NCBI GenBank assembly: GCA_965655095.1
Contig: OZ296648.1
Location: forward strand, 139,314,001 to 139,378,000
Length of the DNA stretch: 64,000 bases
Reading direction: 5' to 3'
Source: Haplodiscus bocki
Taxonomy: Eukaryota
Position numbers and translations under genes: made by a program. Shown here piece by piece: positions 62,641 to 64,000 of the stretch (the stretch's first letter is position 1; the number at the start of each line of letters is the position of its first letter). Under the pieces are notes generated by a model. That model worked only from the letters and a program-made list of their open reading frames with translations. It searched no databases and was not told the DNA's origin.

Positions 62641-64000
62641 TTAGACGTATGGTCACTTAGGGAGCACGAAAAAATTGCCGTTTTTTATTTGCGCAACCTC
62701 ACCTCTACTATAACGTTGCGGATGCTCCCTGTTGTACTCTCACACAGCTTGGCTGAGTTTTGATTTTTTTCAAAAGTCGCACACAATTCCTTATTTTGGA
62801 CGAGTTCGCAAAATGTCATACGAAGTGTCAAAAAAAAACAAAAACCTAGAAACAATTAGCCTCGGAGAAAAATTGTGATAAGCCGAATACACGTCTAAAT
62901 ACAATCAAGTCAACTTGCATTGCGGTGATTATAAATGCAGTGAGCTGAATATATATGGTCAGCTGAATTTTACAACTACAATTTTGCTCCAATTTACAAT
63001 CTACAATGGAATGCAAAAAAGGCCAAAACACATTCGTATAATATCGAAATTCTTCAAATTCTCTATTTAAAAACCGAAGTAAACTTTTCAGCAGTGATAC
63101 CGGAGAAAGAGACAGCTCGAATACAGAACCTCATTAATATTTAAAAAAAATTTCAAAAGCAATGTGGTTCGTTTTCCGGGAATGCGTAGTTGTTGGAATT
63201 TTACGATCATTTTCGAAATTTCCAACCTGGACGAAGTTAATCGGGACGTAGAATTTTATCTAGTAGAGGCATGCCGTATTCTTGCAATTCAATCAATTGA
63301 AATTTCCCCAAATTGAAATAATATAGCGTCCCTCTTGTACGTTAACACTGCTGTTCTTTGATAGCCCTCTTTTTAGCAGTGAGTACGTGTTGCCAATTAA
63401 CATTGACGTCAGATTTCGTTTGTAAGCTAAGCATCCGCCTGTTTTTGGTGACGACGGATAAGCCTTGACATAATTGACGCATCTGATCAATTTCAATTTG
63501 ATACTGCAAGAGTACAGTACGAAGACGTTTAAAGATGCACTTTCGAAATTATTTCGGCTCATTTACGGACTGTTCTACCCTCAAATTATTTGAGACCTCT
63601 AAACGACTTTGGAAAATTTAATTGGAAAAATCATGTTTGGTTAGAGCCATCGTCAAAATTCCAGGAAGGACAGGCATAAAACCATACATTTTGATGTAAT
63701 TTTTCGGTTACTCTCGAAGGAAAAAGGAAAGTTGACATGCTGCACACGTTAAAACCAGTTAATGCCAATTACACCATTTTTTTCGGAACGGCACCAACAA
63801 AGGATACAATACTGAATTTACTCGATGATTTTCGGAAAGAAACGACATTTTCATCAGAAATGAAAAAGCATTTTCAGAAACAGGCTCAAACCGCAAATTG
63901 ACACCCATTCCTCATCTATTTCATCCATAATCCCAAAAACAACCTCTCTGTTAGCGAATTGTTAGTTCCACTGTTTCGGAAGTTAGTCGAGTCAAATTTT

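Overview
AT-rich, repeat-dense eukaryotic (animal-like) genomic DNA; most ORFs in the supplied track are spurious. One host gene can be reconstructed by hand. It is a minus-strand UBXN6/UBXD1 orthologue (p97/VCP cofactor, PUB + UBX) with 8 phase-compatible GT-AG exons between 54577 and 22642; its 5' exons were not found. It also carries a complete CX2CX11HX3C (UBZ4/RAD18-type) zinc-finger pattern just before the PUB domain. Its 25-kb intron (29334-54386) is a nest of transposons. The largest is a decayed Helentron/Helitron2 with OTU, HUH-Rep, Pif1-helicase and probable APE remnants, plus a possible divergent RPA-like gene. Its helicase is split by a young 1865-bp LINE derivative with intact ORF1, an in-frame EN/RT-less mini-ORF2, a 3' stem-loop and a (TTCAA)n tail. 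A decayed full-length L2/Crack-like LINE lies nearby. Elsewhere are a full-length hAT transposon (TIRs, perfect 8-bp TSD, intron-containing but disabled transposase), two non-autonomous Helitron copies in UBXN6 introns, RTE LINE remnants and several tandem or dispersed repeats. All family assignments come from motif recognition by eye, not from database searches.
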